From the NCBI GenBank assembly GCA_000175855.1, contig ACYB01000031.1:120001-152000 (forward strand): DNA of 32,000 nucleotides, in the 5' to 3' direction. Below, one piece after another: positions 29,339 through 32,000 of the stretch. The notes below the pieces were generated by a model. The model did no database searches. It had not been told where the DNA came from and was given only the letters and a program-made list of their open reading frames with translations. This DNA comes from Raphidiopsis brookii D9 (lineage in GTDB: Bacteria; Cyanobacteriota; Cyanobacteriia; Cyanobacteriales; Nostocaceae). Numbering within the stretch: the stretch's first letter is position 1; each line of letters begins with the position of its first letter. Made by a program: the position numbers and the translations under genes.

Positions 29339-29501
29339 GTACATAGTCAGATGAACAATTAATTGAGTTACGCTTTTGCGCTTTGTCCTATTTTACGGGT
29401 GATTGTCAGGAGGATATTTCCAAATACATCTAGAGATGGCTATAATAGTTTTCCATGCCAAATAATTTCCAAAATGTCCAAGTATCTAAGTAATTATTAT
29501 T

Positions 29502-30524
29502 ATGCAATTTATAGACCAAGCAATTATTGAGGTTGAAGCAGGTAAAGGTGGTGATGGTATTGTGGCTTTCCGCAGGGAAAAATATGTCCCAGCAGGTGGT
29601 CCTTCCGGTGGAAACGGAGGTAAGGGTGGTTCGGTAATTTTTGTGGCAGATCCTAATCTCCAAACTCTATTAGACTTTAAGTACAAACACTTATTTAAAG
29701 CGGAAAATGGCAGTCGTGGCGGTCCCAGTAATTGTACGGGTGCTGGTGGCGAAGATTTAATTGTGGAAGTTCCCTGTGGTACTACTATTTATGATGGAAC
29801 AACGGATGGTTTATTATGTGATTTAGTGGAACCACAACAACGGTTTCGCGCAGCAGAAGGGGGTAAGGGTGGACTGGGAAATCAGCACTTTCTCAGCAAC
29901 CGCAACCGCGCCCCAGAATACTCACTCCCCGGTCTGGAAGGGGAAAAAAAGGTTTTGCGCTTGGAGTTAAAACTGTTAGCAGAAGTCGGTATTATTGGTT
30001 TACCCAATGCTGGTAAGTCAACCTTGATTTCTTCCCTGTCTGCTGCACGTCCCAAAATCGCTGATTATCCTTTTACCACCCTAATTCCTAATTTGGGTGT
30101 GGTGAAAAAACCCACGGGTGATGGTACGGTATTTGCTGATATTCCAGGTCTAATTGAGGGCGCATCCAATGGTGCAGGTTTGGGTCATGACTTCTTACGT
30201 CACATCGAACGCACCCGGATCTTATTACATCTTATAGATAGTACGAGTGAAGATGTTATTACTGACTATCACACTATTCAATCTGAATTAAAAGCTTACG
30301 GTAGAGGTTTGGCTAAACGACCACAGATCTTAGCTCTTAACAAGATTGATGCTGTGGATCAAGAAACTGCGGATTTAAATGGGTTAGCTACAAGGTTAAA
30401 CCACCTATCTCTAGCCCCAGTTTTTATTATTTCCGCTGTTACTCGCACGGGACTGGATGCCATGATGCAGGAAATATGGCGCGTACTGGATCAGATTAGT
30501 CCTATTGAAGCAAAAATATTGTAG
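29502..30524 (+). CDS. obgE: GTPase Obg/CgtA
   Basis: Gly-rich Obg fold '[31 protein letters not shown]', G1 '[12 protein letters not shown]', '[10 protein letters not shown]', 'NKID'. Confidence 0.97.
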   Translation: MQFIDQAIIEVEAGKGGDGIVAFRREKYVPAGGPSGGNGGKGGSVIFVADPNLQTLLDFKYKHLFKAENGSRGGPSNCTGAGGEDLIVEVPCGTTIYDGTTDGLLCDLVEPQQRFRAAEGGKGGLGNQHFLSNRNRAPEYSLPGLEGEKKVLRLELKLLAEVGIIGLPNAGKSTLISSLSAARPKIADYPFTTLIPNLGVVKKPTGDGTVFADIPGLIEGASNGAGLGHDFLRHIERTRILLHLIDSTSEDVITDYHTIQSELKAYGRGLAKRPQILALNKIDAVDQETADLNGLATRLNHLSLAPVFIISAVTRTGLDAMMQEIWRVLDQISPIEAKIL

Positions 30525-30668
30525 CATGGTACTACCCAGCCTGAAAAAGCCCTAGACACTCCACAAAAGTACACCGGTCAACTTCTGGAGATATCTAGGA
30601 GCAACAACTTGCTATTACTTTTATGCTATTGGTAGTGTTAAGAGTGATTTTTATAGTTTCTCCTCTGA

Positions 30669-30947
30669 CTATCCTTTGGAATGTCCTTTTCTTGGTCTAT
30701 TCTCCTCTTTTGGTTTAGCTTTGTTCACTCTTAGTTGACGACCCATCCATTCTGCACCGTCCAATTCTGATATGGCGGCATCTTCTTGTGCATCCTCGAT
30801 CATTTCAACAAAAGCGAACCCGCGCATCTTTCCTGTTTCTCGGTCAGTAGGTAAAACAACTCTTTTCACCTCGCCATAATCGGCAAACACGGATTTTAAG
30901 TCTGCTTCAGTTGCGCGGTAAGAGAGATTTCCAATGTAGATAGTCAT
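30669..30947 (-). CDS. RRM-type RNA-binding protein (cyanobacterial Rbp-like)
   Basis: RNP2 'IYIGNLSY', RNP1 'KMRGFAFVEM'; 92 aa with a short charged tail. Confidence 0.94.
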   Translation of the reverse strand: MTIYIGNLSYRATEADLKSVFADYGEVKRVVLPTDRETGKMRGFAFVEMIEDAQEDAAISELDGAEWMGRQLRVNKAKPKEENRPRKGHSKG

Positions 30948-31367
30948 TGTGAGTCACGTAATTTTCAACAAAAGGGGATGGTTAGTAAAAAAAATGCGAC
31001 CTGGCAATTTTTAAGTATTGCTGGTGATTACTTACTTCTGGTTTGTGACCAAGCAGAAAGCTGATTAGACGCTCTCATATTTGCCACATCACCAAACACA
31101 GCCATCCATTAATATATTGACATAAGCACTGACCTAGAAGATCAGGGATTCTTGACAATTGTCCACAACTTGCTACCCAAGTAGTATTGTTGCTTTCATG
31201 TCCGTTTAAAGTCTGCCGATGCCCCATGCCGACCACTCATTTATTTTACACTGGGTTACTCAAAATGGCAAGTATTTTGGAAAAAATAGCCCAAAAATAT
31301 GGTTTAACCACCTGGAATGAGGCGAGCTATAACGCTTACCTATCATGTCCATATTTCTGGATTTTCC

Positions 31368-31598
31368 TTAATCAATAGAAATTTGTTGAGGTTTGCTGCT
31401 GGCTCCATTTTGGTCATCAGTGGTACTTTTACAGGGGTGGCATGAGGAACTTTGTTTTTCCAGCCAGGTTTTTACCGGTTCTTCAGCCAGATTGATTCGT
31501 AATAGTCCAGAGACAAACCCACTGAGAAAGGAAACGGGATGCTCCCTTAGCTCTTGAAACAGAGGCGATAATTCACTGATAAACATTACACTCTCCAC
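31368..31598 (-). CDS. Small conserved cyanobacterial hypothetical protein
   Basis: 'HPVSFLSGFVSGLLRINLAEEPVKTWLEKQ', which looks like a conserved cyanobacterial small protein (from memory). Confidence 0.65.
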   Translation of the reverse strand: MESVMFISELSPLFQELREHPVSFLSGFVSGLLRINLAEEPVKTWLEKQSSSCHPCKSTTDDQNGASSKPQQISID

Positions 31599-31721
31599 CC
31601 ATAATGTAAAAACCTACTAAAAACCTATTATAGATTATAGCTGTAGTCACTCGCAAGGGGGCGATGGTCTAAATGTTAGGATGGATCCCATAAGTAGGTG
31701 GTGCAAGTGAGGAACAGGCTT

Positions 31722-32000
31722 ATGTTAACTAATTGGCGCAATTTTCTCAAAAATGCTGGGGAGTGGAGGGGCTCATTCACTCGCATCTCTGGTCAAGGAG
31801 AGATTTTGGATTCTACTTTGAGTATTTTAAACTTAGAGGCTACTAATAACAATGAAACTGTATTGTTTAGACTCCGGCGTTTTCAAGGTCGTGATTATGA
31901 TAGCCCTGTTATTCAAGACTATCAACAGGAATATACCTCCCTAGCTAAAGAGAATATATTTTTTGAAACAGGTGCTTTTTGTAAGGGAACTGTACAACTG
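31722..32000 (+). CDS. DUF3598-family protein, N-terminal part (continues beyond the window; not in the ORF track)
   Basis: ATG 31722: MLTNWRNFLKNAGEWRGSFTRISGQGEILDSTLSILNLEATNNNETVLFRLRRFQGRDYDSPVIQDYQQEYTSLAKENIFFETGAFCKGTVQL. Confidence 0.8.
   Translation, partial: MLTNWRNFLKNAGEWRGSFTRISGQGEILDSTLSILNLEATNNNETVLFRLRRFQGRDYDSPVIQDYQQEYTSLAKENIFFETGAFCKGTVQL

Noticed and set aside
31187-31378. ORF 31187-31378 (+)
   Set aside because: Short, no motif, lies in an intergenic region and overlaps the 3' end of a better-supported minus-strand gene.
1-32000. CRISPR arrays, tRNA and rRNA genes
   Set aside because: No regularly spaced repeats, no tRNA cloverleaf-like sequence and no rRNA signatures noticed by eye. 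A tRNAscan-SE/Infernal run would be needed for certainty.

Overview
This 32 kb window is ordinary core chromosome from a cyanobacterium, probably a heterocystous/Nostocales-type lineage. The evidence is psbO, cyanobacteria-specific proteins and many GCGATCGC (HIP1) sites. It carries the 3' end of an E2 acyltransferase gene, mraY, mutL, an Rrf2 regulator with cysK, a J-domain gene, an AAA-type NTPase, hflX, grxC-gshB, ftsZ/ftsQ (minus strand), psbO, a Crp/Fnr-type regulator, a Cof-type HAD hydrolase, polA, a menH-like hydrolase, a divergent PEP-utilising protein, obgE, an RRM protein and the 5' end of a DUF3598 gene. I found no convincing new defence or biosynthetic system. The most notable points are: (1) urtA (urea ABC transporter binding protein) is truncated at a complete IS630-like element. 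The other flank is not urtA but the tail of an unrelated ORF, which implies a deletion or rearrangement. The relic promoter keeps a perfect NtcA box with canonical spacing. (2) Three loci (J-domain gene, lipoprotein-like gene, DALR-like gene) are split by 1-nt frameshifts at poly-A runs that the ORF track hides. (3) A strongly structured intergenic RNA candidate with mutually exclusive stems lies at about 19377-19504. (4) gshB and ftsZ overlap tail to tail by 42 bp, covering the conserved FtsZ C-terminal peptide. (5) The PEP-synthase-like protein has lost hallmark catalytic motifs.
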